A DNA stretch of 63,954 nt, filler included, from Acidimicrobiia bacterium (GCA_041577335.1; 3 parts of 3 records of this genome joined end to end with filler, not necessarily neighbours in it); one strand, 5' to 3'. Shown: positions 27,745 through 37,479, counted from the whole stretch's first letter. Program-made: numbers and translations. The notes: a model not told the origin generated them from the sequence alone.

Positions 27745-28423
27745 AGGGTTCCTGGCCGGATTGCTTGGGTACCTGATCGGGTCGATCTCGTTCGGGCGCC
27801 TGGTTGCTCGATTCGTGGTCCCGGGAGAGGACATCACCCTCACGGAGATCCCCGACGAAGAGGGTCGAGTCATGCAGATGACCGGCACCGGGGCAACGGC
27901 AGTGGCGTTCCGAGCCGGCCCGAAGTGGGGATGCTTCACTGCTCTCCTCGATATCGCCAAGGGCGCCGCGGCCGTGCTCATCGCCCAGGCAGTATGGCCG
28001 GACACCCGGGTTTACCTTGTGGCAGGAGCGACCGTCGTATGGGGTCACGTCTTGCCCGTCTTCCACAGGTTTGTCGGGGGTAAAGGGATATCGCCCTACC
28101 TGGGCGGCTTGCTGTTCATCGACCTGCTGGCCGTCCCCATCACGACTGGCGCCGGGCTGGTGTCAGGTCTGGCGCTCGGCGATATTCTGCTCGCCTATGG
28201 CTCCGGGCCGCTCTTCCTGGTCGGCTGGTTCGCCTGGCAGTCGGATCTCGCTCACGTGCTCTACGCAGTTGCGGTGAACGCCGTCTACTGGTGGTCGATC
28301 CGCAGCGAGATCCGACAGGTGAGAGCACGGCAGCGAGCGTCGGGTCAGTCGATCGCCGAGAGGCGCAAGGAGCTCTTTGCCAACATGCGAAAAGGCGGCC
28401 CGTGGACCGAGCAGCAGATCTGA
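27737..28423 (+). CDS. PlsY-family (acyl-phosphate:G3P acyltransferase-like) membrane protein, divergent
   Basis: GYLIGSI, GATA, DIAKG, GHVLPVFHRFVGGKG; motif 3 HxxNIxR is not seen. GGAGGT RBS, 8-nt overlap with the upstream gene. Confidence 0.82.
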   Translation: MIEGFLAGLLGYLIGSISFGRLVARFVVPGEDITLTEIPDEEGRVMQMTGTGATAVAFRAGPKWGCFTALLDIAKGAAAVLIAQAVWPDTRVYLVAGATVVWGHVLPVFHRFVGGKGISPYLGGLLFIDLLAVPITTGAGLVSGLALGDILLAYGSGPLFLVGWFAWQSDLAHVLYAVAVNAVYWWSIRSEIRQVRARQRASGQSIAERRKELFANMRKGGPWTEQQI

Positions 28424-28581
28424 CCCGAACCTCCGGATCCACCCGGGCTTTCTCCGCAGAGATCGATATTGTCTGTAGGTGGTGGCATGGGTGCTTGGGC
28501 TCGGTTTGGGTTTGATCGCCACGCTGGGCGGGGTGGCGACCGTTGGGATCGGCCGGCAGTCTCGCGAAAACCGACTCGAGA

Positions 28582-28681
28582 NNNNNNNNNNNNNNNNNNN
28601 NNNNNNNNNNNNNNNNNNNNNNNNNTTAATTAATTAANNNNNNNNNNNNNNNNNNNNNNNNNNNNNNNNNNNNNNNNNNNN
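28582..28681. other. Artificial contig spacer (N run with TTAATTAATTAA)
   Basis: 100-nt N block with a six-frame stop linker at 28626-28637. Confidence 0.98.
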
Positions 28682-28731
28682 CCGCCGGTGGCGGCGAACA
28701 CCGATCGTCCGTCGACGCTCAGCTGCACGAG

Positions 28732-30024
28732 TTATCGCTGCGAGGCCCGCAACGAGCTTCGCAGGTCGCCGAGGAGGTCGTCGAGTGACTCCATGCCCAC
28801 CGACAGTCGGACGAGCTCCTGCCCGACTCCAGCTGCTTCGAGCTCCGCATCGGTCATCTGCTGATGCGTTGTGGAGGCCGGATGTATGACAAGGGATTTG
28901 GCGTCTCCAACATTGGCCAAGTGGCTGAAGACCGTCACCGATTCGATGAACTTCCGGCCTGCTTCTCGACCGCCCTTGATGCCAAAGCTGAGGATCGCTC
29001 CCGGGCCGCGGGGCAACATCTTCTCAGCCATCACATGATCCGGGTGGTCTTCCAAGGTCGGGTAGCTGACCCAATCCACTTCGGAGGCGTCTTGAAGAAA
29101 CTCGGCCACCGCTTTGGCGTTGGCCACGTGGCGCTCCATCCGGACCGGCAGCGTCTCGAGGCCTTGGAGCAGATAGAAGGCGTTCTGCGGAGACATCGAG
29201 GCGCCAAAATCTCGCAAGCCCTCGGTGCGCAAGCGGTTGATGAACGCGCTCGGGCCGTACTCCTCGGAAAAGGTAATGCCGTGATACCCGGCATACGGTT
29301 CGGTGAGGGTCGGGAACTTGCCAGACGATTCCCAATCGAATGTGCCTCCATCGACGACTACTCCGCCGATGGCGACCCCATGCCCTCCGATCCACTTGGT
29401 GGCGGAATGGGTGATGATGTCGGCGCCCCACTCGGCGGGCCGGCAGAGATAGGGTGTCGCAAACGTGTTGTCGATCATCAGCGGAAGCCCGTGGCGGTGA
29501 GCAATCTCGGAAATGGAGGGAAGGTCCATGATCTCCAACCCCGGGTTACCGAGCGTCTCCCCATAGACGAGGCGGGTCTCTGGCTTGATCGCCGCCTCGA
29601 ATGCGGAGGGGTCGCGAGGGTCGACGAACGTGGCCGTGATCCCGAAACGCGGCAGCGTGTGCGTGAAGAGGTTGTAGCTGCCACCGTAGAGCGATCCCGA
29701 CGAGACGATGTGGCCACCTTGGCCCATGAGAGTGGCGACCGCCAAGAACAATGCCGCTTGACCGCTGGCGGTCGCGGTCGCACCAACCCCACCTTCGAGG
29801 GCCGCAACACGTTCCTCGAACGCGGCCACGGTTGGATTCGAGATCCGCGAGTAGATGTGGCCGGGGATCTCCAGGTTGAACAGACCGGCGGCGTGGTCCA
29901 CAGACTCAAACAGGTACGAGGTGGTCATGTAGATGGGCATCGCCCGAGCCCCGGTCGCAGGATCAGGCTGCTGGCCCGCGTGCAGGCTCAGGGTCTCGAA
30001 TCCGAGTCGATCGGGTTTCACCAT
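28732..30024 (-). CDS. metY: O-acetylhomoserine aminocarboxypropyltransferase (sulfhydrylase)
   Basis: YSRISNPT, ASGQAA, LYGGS, DNTFATP, HSATKWIGGHG, HLANVGDAKSLVIHPASTTHQQ; leaderless TACCCT-6-ATG. Confidence 0.92.
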   Translation of the reverse strand: MVKPDRLGFETLSLHAGQQPDPATGARAMPIYMTTSYLFESVDHAAGLFNLEIPGHIYSRISNPTVAAFEERVAALEGGVGATATASGQAALFLAVATLMGQGGHIVSSGSLYGGSYNLFTHTLPRFGITATFVDPRDPSAFEAAIKPETRLVYGETLGNPGLEIMDLPSISEIAHRHGLPLMIDNTFATPYLCRPAEWGADIITHSATKWIGGHGVAIGGVVVDGGTFDWESSGKFPTLTEPYAGYHGITFSEEYGPSAFINRLRTEGLRDFGASMSPQNAFYLLQGLETLPVRMERHVANAKAVAEFLQDASEVDWVSYPTLEDHPDHVMAEKMLPRGPGAILSFGIKGGREAGRKFIESVTVFSHLANVGDAKSLVIHPASTTHQQMTDAELEAAGVGQELVRLSVGMESLDDLLGDLRSSLRASQR

Positions 30025-30114
30025 GCCAACAGGGTAATCGTCGGGCGTGCCATGGCGGTGCGAGCCAGGTGCCACCCATCCATCGCGCGTCGAGACGACG
30101 CTGGTTTGAAACCG

Positions 30115-32331
30115 TCAACCGACTGGGGCGACCTCGACGGGAATACCGTTGAGGACGGCGTTTCCTGACAGCGGATCCAGGATCTCATGGTCGGTCAGGA
30201 CATTGGAATTGATTCCCGGGTAGCGGGCGGCGACTCCGAGTTGTGTTTCGCTCTGGCCGTGTCCCCAGCCATGGGGTATCGATACGACACCGGGCATGAG
30301 GTCGTCCGTCACCTCGACGGTCACCTCTACGGCTCCCACTCGAGACGTGACCTTCGCCACCGCACCATCGACGACCGCGCGTTTGGCGGCGTCGCTCGGG
30401 TGGATCTGGAGCGTGCAGGTGTTGCGGCCCCTCACGAGAATCTCGACGTTGTGCATCCATGAGTTGTTCGATTTCACATGGCGCCGCCCGATCAAGACCA
30501 GGTCGGGCTGGGGGGCCTCGAGATCGGAAGCAAGCCGCTCGACGTCTCTGGTGATCGGATCTGGCGCCATTTCCACCAGCCCGGTCGGTGTCTCCAGCAC
30601 TTCTGGGAGCCGGGGCTGTAACGCGCCCAGATCGATTCCGTGCGGGGCGCCTTCGAGCGTGGCCAATGTGAGGCCGTCTGCGTCGGCCCCGAAGCCATCT
30701 CCATAGGCTCCCGTTCGGAGCATGAAGTCGAGAATACGTTCGGGTCCGCTGCGAGGGACCAGCATCTCCATGATCTCGTCGGCCGAACGGCCGTGAATCG
30801 CCGAATTGGGATCTGCCACGGCGTGTTCCACTTGCCGCCGCATCGCCATCTCATCGGCGCCTTTGGCATCGATCTCAGAGTCGGGCGCGGTGAAGAACGC
30901 GGCCATCTCGGCGAGCGACTCCCACTCGTCTCTGACTCCGGCGGGGCGTTCGAACACGGGCGGCGAATAGTTGGCCACATTGCGAACGGACAGCGACGTA
31001 AACGCAACATCGAAGTGGCTGCGCTCCAGGGCCGAAGGAGGCGGAAGTATGACGTCGGCGTGCCTGGTCGTCTCGTTGATATAGGGATCGAACGACACCA
31101 TGAAGTCGAGCTGCGCCAGCGCTTCATCGAGGGCAGCGCCGGCCGGTGTCGACAGTACCGGATTCCCTGCGATCGTGATCATCGCACGGATTTGTCCCTC
31201 GCCCGGCGTCGTGATCTCCTCCGCGAGAACAGCAACCGGAAGCTCGCCCATGGTCTCCGGGGCGCTCCGAACTCGAGAAGTCCACCGGCCCACCCGAAAC
31301 CCGCGGCCTCCTGCAGCTAGCGGTCGAGAGAGGATGGCAGGCATCGGGAACATCGCACCGCCGGGCGCGTCGAAGTTGCCTGTGACGATCGTGAGCACAT
31401 CGGTGAGCCACGAAGCGAGCGTCCCGTACTCGGTGGTGTGGGTGCCGATGCGGCCGTACACCACGGCAGTCGGCGCAGCCGCCAATTCGTGAGCGATTCG
31501 TCGGATCGTGTCGGCGTCGATTCCACATCGCGTCGCCACCGCTTCCGGAGGGAAGCGGTCGGCGAGGGCGGCAACGGTGTCCAGCCCCTCGTAGAGGTCT
31601 CCGAGTTCGGACGTGAGGCCGTCGGCAAACAGCACATTCAACAAACCGAAGAGGAAGTAGGGGTCCGATCCCGGTCGAATGAAGAGATGCTCGTCGGCTG
31701 CCCGAGCGCTCTTTGTCTTCTTGGGGTCGATGACGACGATGCGGCCGCCCCGGTCTTGGATCGCCTTCATCCGCCCCGGCCAGTCCGGCGCGGTGGCGAG
31801 TGACCCGTTCGAGGCATACGGATTTGCGCCGAGCATCAACAGGTACGACGTCCGGTCGATGTCGGGAACCGGAATTCTCAGAGGGTGACCGAACATGAGG
31901 CCGCAAGAGACCTGGCGCGGCATCTGATCCACCGTCGAGGCAGAGAAGATGTTTCTTGTCCCGAGTGACCTCAAAAACGGCCGGTTGTACAGGCTGGCGG
32001 ACAGATTGTGAACATTGGGGTTACCCAGATACACACCGATTGCCTGGCGATCATCGAGAAAGGGGCGCAGTCCGGCTTTGACGAACGCCATCGCCTCCTC
32101 CCACGTAGCAGGCTCGAAACTGCCGTTGCGTTTCACGACCGGCGTTCGGAGACGGTCGGGATCCTCATGCAGATCGCCGAGCGTGGACCCCTTCGGACAG
32201 ATGAAGCCATGGGAGAAGACGTCGAGTCGGTCGCCTCTCGTCCGAGTTACTCTCTCATCGTCGATGGTGAGCTCGAGCCCGCAGGTGGCCTCGCACAACG
32301 GACAGGTGCGAAAGGCGGTTCGCCGTGTCAT
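30115..32331 (-). CDS. Molybdopterin (DMSO-reductase family) oxidoreductase with N-terminal 4Fe-4S motif
   Basis: RTCPLCEATCGL, GFICPKG, DPDRLRTP, GANPYASNGS, GRRHVKSNNSWMHN, PHGWGH. Confidence 0.9.
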   Translation of the reverse strand: MTRRTAFRTCPLCEATCGLELTIDDERVTRTRGDRLDVFSHGFICPKGSTLGDLHEDPDRLRTPVVKRNGSFEPATWEEAMAFVKAGLRPFLDDRQAIGVYLGNPNVHNLSASLYNRPFLRSLGTRNIFSASTVDQMPRQVSCGLMFGHPLRIPVPDIDRTSYLLMLGANPYASNGSLATAPDWPGRMKAIQDRGGRIVVIDPKKTKSARAADEHLFIRPGSDPYFLFGLLNVLFADGLTSELGDLYEGLDTVAALADRFPPEAVATRCGIDADTIRRIAHELAAAPTAVVYGRIGTHTTEYGTLASWLTDVLTIVTGNFDAPGGAMFPMPAILSRPLAAGGRGFRVGRWTSRVRSAPETMGELPVAVLAEEITTPGEGQIRAMITIAGNPVLSTPAGAALDEALAQLDFMVSFDPYINETTRHADVILPPPSALERSHFDVAFTSLSVRNVANYSPPVFERPAGVRDEWESLAEMAAFFTAPDSEIDAKGADEMAMRRQVEHAVADPNSAIHGRSADEIMEMLVPRSGPERILDFMLRTGAYGDGFGADADGLTLATLEGAPHGIDLGALQPRLPEVLETPTGLVEMAPDPITRDVERLASDLEAPQPDLVLIGRRHVKSNNSWMHNVEILVRGRNTCTLQIHPSDAAKRAVVDGAVAKVTSRVGAVEVTVEVTDDLMPGVVSIPHGWGHGQSETQLGVAARYPGINSNVLTDHEILDPLSGNAVLNGIPVEVAPVG

Positions 32332-32437
32332 GGGTGGAGCCTAGCGATGGCAGTCACCGGGCCGTCGACGACCAAACACGGCGGTAACATCGCCCGATGC
32401 TCGTCACCAACCAGTCGCTCGCCGAGCCTTCCCGTCG

Positions 32438-34984
32438 ATGACCATCCTCCCCTCTTGTATCGCTGTGGGCAACGACTACCGCCCTGTCGAGGAATGGCCT
32501 GCGATCGCGACTCCTTTTCTCACTGTTGTGATACCCGTGTACAACAGAGTCGACCTTCTCGATCGCACTCTGGCAGGGCTCCACAACCAGACCCTCGATA
32601 GGTCTCGTTTCGAGGTGGTGGTTGGCGATGATGGCTCGAATGAAGACGTGGCAGCCGTCATATCGCAGCGCGCCGGATCCCTCGAGATCAGGCACGTTCG
32701 GCAGGACCATGACGGATTCGGGCTCGCCAAGGCCCGCAACTTGGCCGCCGCCGAGGCTCGTGGAGAGGTGCTGGTCTTCCTCGACGCCGACTGCATACCG
32801 GCGCCCGGCCTCCTCGAACGACACGCCTGGTGGCACAGCCGGGCGGCCAACCTGGTCGTTGCGGGCAGCCGGCGGGACATGGACTCGAGTTCGCTCCCAC
32901 CTGAGGACATCGCCGACGGGAGCGCCGATCTGGCTGCCACGATTGGAGAGCCCGACGACGGCGGCGGCTATACCCCCAACGATTGGAGGAGGGTCCTGTT
33001 CCGGCGCACCCGCAAGCTCCTGCTCGGCGATTCCGGGTTCCGAGCAGCCATCGGCGCCAACCTGTCACTACGAAGGGACCGGTTCGAAGCCGTCGGGGGG
33101 TACTCCGAGGTCTTCGACGAGTGGGGCGGAGAAGACACCGAGTTCAATTGGCGGGTTTGGAACAACGGCGCCTTCTTCGTTCCAGACACCCGGGCCATGG
33201 CATACCACCAGATCCAGCACGACACCGATGCCTCGCGTGAAGCGTCCCGGTCCCGGGGGGCGGCGCTCATGGCCGATCGAGTCCCGCACCGGTTCTACCG
33301 CAGCCTGGCGACGCCGTTTGCGACGGTTCCCAAGGTGACCTGGTGGGTGCGGGTTGGCTCGGCCTCCGAAGCGGACCTTGCGTGGCGGGAATGTTCATAC
33401 GCCACATTCGCCGACAGCGAAATCATCTTCACCGGCCCCGAGGACGCATTGGGCCACCTCGTCCGGCTCGGAGCCGTCAGCGACCGGGTGCACGTGGTGA
33501 TCGGCGAGGAGCCAGATGCATGTGAGCGAGCTCTCCGGCTCGCACGCGGCGAACTGATAGCACTCCTCGACGCCAGGGCGCGGATCAACCGAGACGTGCT
33601 GACCAAGGCGGTCGGATATCTCGACGACGACCCTCGTGCGGCGATGGTGCGGACTGGATACCGCTTTGCCAACGGCGACCGCTACCTCCATGCGTCGGAC
33701 CTTACGGCCATAGACGGCGAAGTGGGGCGCCATGGGCTTCCCTTCTTTGCGGTGGTACGGCGACGGGAGCTGATGAAGAACTGGGCGGCGCTGGCGACAC
33801 CCGGCGAGTTGTGGTCCGCAGTGGCAGGACGCGACACACACGCCAAGCTGATGGTCCGGGAGCCGGCCACGATCAACGCCGAAGCCCCTGCCGTGCGAAA
33901 AGGGGCGGCCGCACGGGAATTGGTCGCGACGGGTCCACAAGAGCTGGCCCGAAAGGCCGTGCAACGCGCCCGCCGTACGAAAGTCGAGGCGCCTCGAGCG
34001 CCGCAGGAGCCTGACGGGCGCATACCCGTGGCGTATGTCGGTCTGACCGGAAAGAACAACCTGGGCGACGACGCCGTCTTGGCTGCCGTGGAGCAACTCA
34101 TGCCATGGGCTCATTTCGGTACCAACCACTCCGACCCGCGTGTCCTGATGGTCGGGGGAGGGACCCTCATCAACGGCCGGAGCTACTACCTCAACAAGAT
34201 GCTCCGCCAGGACGCCCCGACGGTGGAGCGTGTGATGTTCGGCACCGGTGTTCGCCAGCCCGAATTCTGGGGCGTGACCGAGCCGATGACCGACTGGTTC
34301 GGCTTCCTCGACTCCGCCATCCTGTCGGGGGTACGAGGACCCGATTCCGTGGCCAACCTCCGCACTCTCGGGTATGGACGAGACGTCGATATCCTCGGCG
34401 ATCCGGCCCTATCGCTGGTCGCTCCCGCCAACGTCACCAAGGTCGAAGGACGCATCGTGGTGTGCCCACTCAATACCGCAGGCAACTTGCACGGCGGCGA
34501 CGACGAAATGGTCCTCGACACCATGACGAAGACCATCGGGCGACTGCGCAGCCAGGGTCACGAGGTCGTGATGCTGTCTGCATACCCCGAAGACGATCAA
34601 TGGATCATCGGGATGATGGCCGAGTTGGGAACTCCCCTGCCCTATTTGGCAGGCTATACCGACCTCGAAGAGAGCATGCGCCTGCTGGCTTCGGCCGACC
34701 TCGTGATTGGAGAGCGCCTCCACGCGGCGATCCTGGCCGCGGCCTGCCTCACCCCATTCGTGGCATTGCAATACCGCCCGAAGGTGCTCGACTTCACCAA
34801 GTCGATCGACCAGGTGGAAGCTACCGTTCGAACCGACGAAATGGGGCGTCTGGACGAGGTCGTCGATCACGTCTTTGCCCACCGTCAGCAAGTCGCCGGC
34901 GCCATCGCCGGGCCGGTGACGGCCTTCCGCGCCAAGCAGCGGGAAGCAGCTGACTGGATTCAGAGCTTCCTTCGGGATTCGTGA
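32438..34984 (+). CDS. GT2 glycosyltransferase fused to polysaccharide pyruvyltransferase
   Basis: VVIPVYN, DDGS, ARNLAA, FLDADC, WGGEDTEF (GT2); NNLGDDA, VGGGTL, GVRGPDS, GDPAL, RLHAAILA (pyruvyltransferase). Confidence 0.88.
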   Translation: MTILPSCIAVGNDYRPVEEWPAIATPFLTVVIPVYNRVDLLDRTLAGLHNQTLDRSRFEVVVGDDGSNEDVAAVISQRAGSLEIRHVRQDHDGFGLAKARNLAAAEARGEVLVFLDADCIPAPGLLERHAWWHSRAANLVVAGSRRDMDSSSLPPEDIADGSADLAATIGEPDDGGGYTPNDWRRVLFRRTRKLLLGDSGFRAAIGANLSLRRDRFEAVGGYSEVFDEWGGEDTEFNWRVWNNGAFFVPDTRAMAYHQIQHDTDASREASRSRGAALMADRVPHRFYRSLATPFATVPKVTWWVRVGSASEADLAWRECSYATFADSEIIFTGPEDALGHLVRLGAVSDRVHVVIGEEPDACERALRLARGELIALLDARARINRDVLTKAVGYLDDDPRAAMVRTGYRFANGDRYLHASDLTAIDGEVGRHGLPFFAVVRRRELMKNWAALATPGELWSAVAGRDTHAKLMVREPATINAEAPAVRKGAAARELVATGPQELARKAVQRARRTKVEAPRAPQEPDGRIPVAYVGLTGKNNLGDDAVLAAVEQLMPWAHFGTNHSDPRVLMVGGGTLINGRSYYLNKMLRQDAPTVERVMFGTGVRQPEFWGVTEPMTDWFGFLDSAILSGVRGPDSVANLRTLGYGRDVDILGDPALSLVAPANVTKVEGRIVVCPLNTAGNLHGGDDEMVLDTMTKTIGRLRSQGHEVVMLSAYPEDDQWIIGMMAELGTPLPYLAGYTDLEESMRLLASADLVIGERLHAAILAAACLTPFVALQYRPKVLDFTKSIDQVEATVRTDEMGRLDEVVDHVFAHRQQVAGAIAGPVTAFRAKQREAADWIQSFLRDS

Positions 34985-34994
34985 CCACCACGAA

Positions 34995-35024
34995 CCAGAC
35001 ACCGCCCCGGTGGGCGGTGTCTGG
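34995..35024. terminator. 13-bp perfect hairpin between convergent genes
   Basis: ccagacaccgccc-cggt-gggcggtgtctgg, 10 nt after the stop at 34984; no U-tract. Confidence 0.75.
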
Positions 35025-35045
35025 CGGAGGAGATCTTGATTGTTG

Positions 35046-35168
35046 TCAGCGAAGCGGCGACGTCAGCGCGAAAGGCTGATGGTCGACGTCGAGATGCACG
35101 AGCGCCGCAGTTGGCGGCAGTTCGGCTCGGTTTCTTCGCCTTCGTCTGACTGATCGAGCGAACGGCAT
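35046..35168 (-). CDS. Small ORF (40 aa), Arg-rich
   Basis: MPFARSVRRRRRNRAELPPTAALVHLDVDHQPFALTSPLR; AGGA RBS-like; upstream operator and downstream hairpin. Confidence 0.45.
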   Translation of the reverse strand: MPFARSVRRRRRNRAELPPTAALVHLDVDHQPFALTSPLR

Positions 35169-35185
35169 ATGTCCTACTTTCGCAG

Positions 35186-35207
35186 GCTTGTGATTTCCTT
35201 CACAAGC
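35186..35207. promoter_or_regulatory. Rex/CRP-type palindromic operator
   Basis: GCTTGTGA-TTTCCT-TCACAAGC: exact TGTGA-N6-TCACA, one mismatch to TTGTGAA-N4-TTCACAA. Confidence 0.75.
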
Positions 35208-35241
35208 AAACGCCCTTTCGGCGCGGATATTCCCGACCCGG

Positions 35242-36912
35242 TCACTCGGCCGGCGCTTGGGCGTGCAGAACACGTACCTCCGTGCCTTGCGCCAGCACGA
35301 TGACGTCGTTCTGGCCGTCGCTGCCGATCAGCGTTTCGATGGCCCCGACGTCGCCATCGACGAGCGGACGGTCGCCAAAGCTCGCCTCGATCACTCGTCC
35401 TCCCGTCACCTCTCGCAGGTCGTGAGCGGTGTGGCGTGTGAAGCCCACCAGGAGAACCGTGGGGCCGGGTGGCCGGGTTTCTGCCGCTTCCTGTTCGCCA
35501 GGCCGTTCGAGCCGCCAGATCGTCCAGTGGTACCAAGCGACGAGGCCGACCGCGCCGAGGACGGCGATGGGCTCGCGCAGGCCCGCAAAGGTGGCCGCGG
35601 TGAACGAACCATCGATACCTGCCTGGAACAACTCGAACAGCAACGCGATGAGCGCTCCGATCGCCACAACACCACCAACGCCGAAGATTGCGATGAGGTA
35701 GCCGCGCCGCACCACCGACCGCGCTTGCTCGACGCTCACGGTGCGGATCGGTGACCAATAGAGCCACCATGTGGGCAAAGCGACAGCCAAGGCGACCACT
35801 GCGCCGAGCACGACATCGGTATCGGACAGGGTCGACACATCACCTGTCCCAAACACGGAGACGAGCACGGCGATGATGAGAATCGTGACCGCAACGACGA
35901 CGGCCGCCAGCGCCAGGCCCGCCATGACATACGTAGCCACCTCTCGCACAGTGCCGGTCACCCGCTCACCGCCTGTGAGCAACGTCCGGTGATACCACCA
36001 CACCACGACGCCCACGAGACCCACGCCGAGCAGCGCAGGGAGCGTCTCGAATTGAGCTTCGAACGTCGCCAGAGGGTCCCCCACGAACCACTCGGCCGCT
36101 CGGAAGAGCGCCCAGCCGAGACTCACGAGGGCGCTGGCGAGAGCGAGGACTGAGCCGACCATGATCACGAGCACCTGCCACGCCGTCGTCCGGTTCAGAT
36201 CGACGCCGTGGCGAAGCCAGTACTGCCACCAGATCAGCCCGCCAATTGCCAGCGGCACCACGCCGACCGGCACGTCCCGTCCCGCCTGGGCGATCGTGAT
36301 CACATCCGACAACAGGATTCGGTCGACCGCCCACGTGATCGTGAGAGCCGCGCCGACCCACGCAAAACCCAACCCCAGGGCTGACCCGGCAACGGTCTCC
36401 AACGACTGTTGGCTGGCGTCGCCATAGCGTGCCCGCAACCATCGATGCGAGGCGTAGAGCAGACCCCAAACCGGGATAGCCGCGATCGCCAGTTTCGAGA
36501 TCTCGGTGCCGGCCATGAGTCCGATGCCCACGGCGGTTCCGCTGCCGGCGGTCCAAGCGAGCGAGACCAGCAGCACTGCGCCGAGGTAGAGGTTCCATCC
36601 GACGGACTCTCTCTCGCCGGAGCTGTCATCGCGCAGCTTGCGCAGCACCGTCCGTCCGATCCCGAGCGACACCGGCACCGTGACGGTGAGGGTTGCCAAT
36701 GCCGAAGCCAGATCCTGCGTGCGGTCGAAGGTTTCTCTGCCGATGAGCAACGCCACGAGATCGGCCAACGAACTGGTGGCCGCCATTACCAGGCCAAACA
36801 ACAGGAAGTGGATGAACAGCCGCCGCAGCGAGTTTGGTCCGGCGGCACTCGTCTTCTGACGCGATGAAACGATGAAGAGGACGATTCCGACGATGATTGC
36901 GAGCCAGATCAT
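35242..36912 (-). CDS. Multi-pass membrane protein (DUF5671-like repeats)
   Basis: Repeated helix-pair units ending in WWQYW, WWYH, WWLYW and WYHW; ATGA overlap with the upstream gene. Confidence 0.75.
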   Translation of the reverse strand: MIWLAIIVGIVLFIVSSRQKTSAAGPNSLRRLFIHFLLFGLVMAATSSLADLVALLIGRETFDRTQDLASALATLTVTVPVSLGIGRTVLRKLRDDSSGERESVGWNLYLGAVLLVSLAWTAGSGTAVGIGLMAGTEISKLAIAAIPVWGLLYASHRWLRARYGDASQQSLETVAGSALGLGFAWVGAALTITWAVDRILLSDVITIAQAGRDVPVGVVPLAIGGLIWWQYWLRHGVDLNRTTAWQVLVIMVGSVLALASALVSLGWALFRAAEWFVGDPLATFEAQFETLPALLGVGLVGVVVWWYHRTLLTGGERVTGTVREVATYVMAGLALAAVVVAVTILIIAVLVSVFGTGDVSTLSDTDVVLGAVVALAVALPTWWLYWSPIRTVSVEQARSVVRRGYLIAIFGVGGVVAIGALIALLFELFQAGIDGSFTAATFAGLREPIAVLGAVGLVAWYHWTIWRLERPGEQEAAETRPPGPTVLLVGFTRHTAHDLREVTGGRVIEASFGDRPLVDGDVGAIETLIGSDGQNDVIVLAQGTEVRVLHAQAPAE

Positions 36913-37355
36913 GATTCACGCTCCCCAGATGGAATGCGGCCACAGCCATAGGGCCAGTCGGCGGCTTCGATCCGCCACTCTTCGTCGATCAAAACGAGAT
37001 CGAAGCCAGAGTCGTATCGAGATCCACCCAACGCACCTTCCGTGACCTCGGTGGTGACGACCTCAACCGTTGCTCGTGAGCCGTCGACCTCCACAGCCCC
37101 CAAGGCGACCCGGCCGTTGTCGAGCAACCAATCGGTGTCGTCGTGGAGACAAGGATCTTCGGTGTCAGCCACGATCAGCGAGTCGGCAAGCTCTCGGTCG
37201 TCGACGAGTAGGGCCTGGAGGTAGGCCTGCACCGTTCCCTCCGGTGTGGTGGGATCGAGGCTCGGAACGTTGCGCCCGATGCCTCCCAGCAACGCGATCA
37301 GCAACAACACGCCGACCAGTGTTCCCCCGATGATGAGCGGTGTTCGTTCCTTCAT
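36909..37355 (-). CDS. Membrane-anchored hypothetical protein (NTF2-like ectodomain)
   Basis: N-terminal TM, LDPTTPEGTVQAYLQAL, WRI..WPYGC; coupled to the DUF5671-like gene. Confidence 0.75.
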   Translation of the reverse strand: MKERTPLIIGGTLVGVLLLIALLGGIGRNVPSLDPTTPEGTVQAYLQALLVDDRELADSLIVADTEDPCLHDDTDWLLDNGRVALGAVEVDGSRATVEVVTTEVTEGALGGSRYDSGFDLVLIDEEWRIEAADWPYGCGRIPSGERES

Positions 37356-37479
37356 GGGCCCATCGTCTCCCACTATCGGGTGAATTGCCATCCGGCTTCA
37401 CCCTGATTTGATTATCGGGGTGACTAGCTCTCCGGGGTAGTCCTTTTCGCGCTCGGCGGAAGTCCCATCTTGAAATCGG

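Noticed and set aside
28480..28581. Possible gene start (VAWVLGLGLGLIATLGGVATVGIG) at the contig end
   Set aside because: Too short and truncated by the gap to support a call.
28626..28637. TTAATTAATTAA as a biological AT-rich motif
   Set aside because: Centred in N runs and repeated identically at 55260; an assembly linker.
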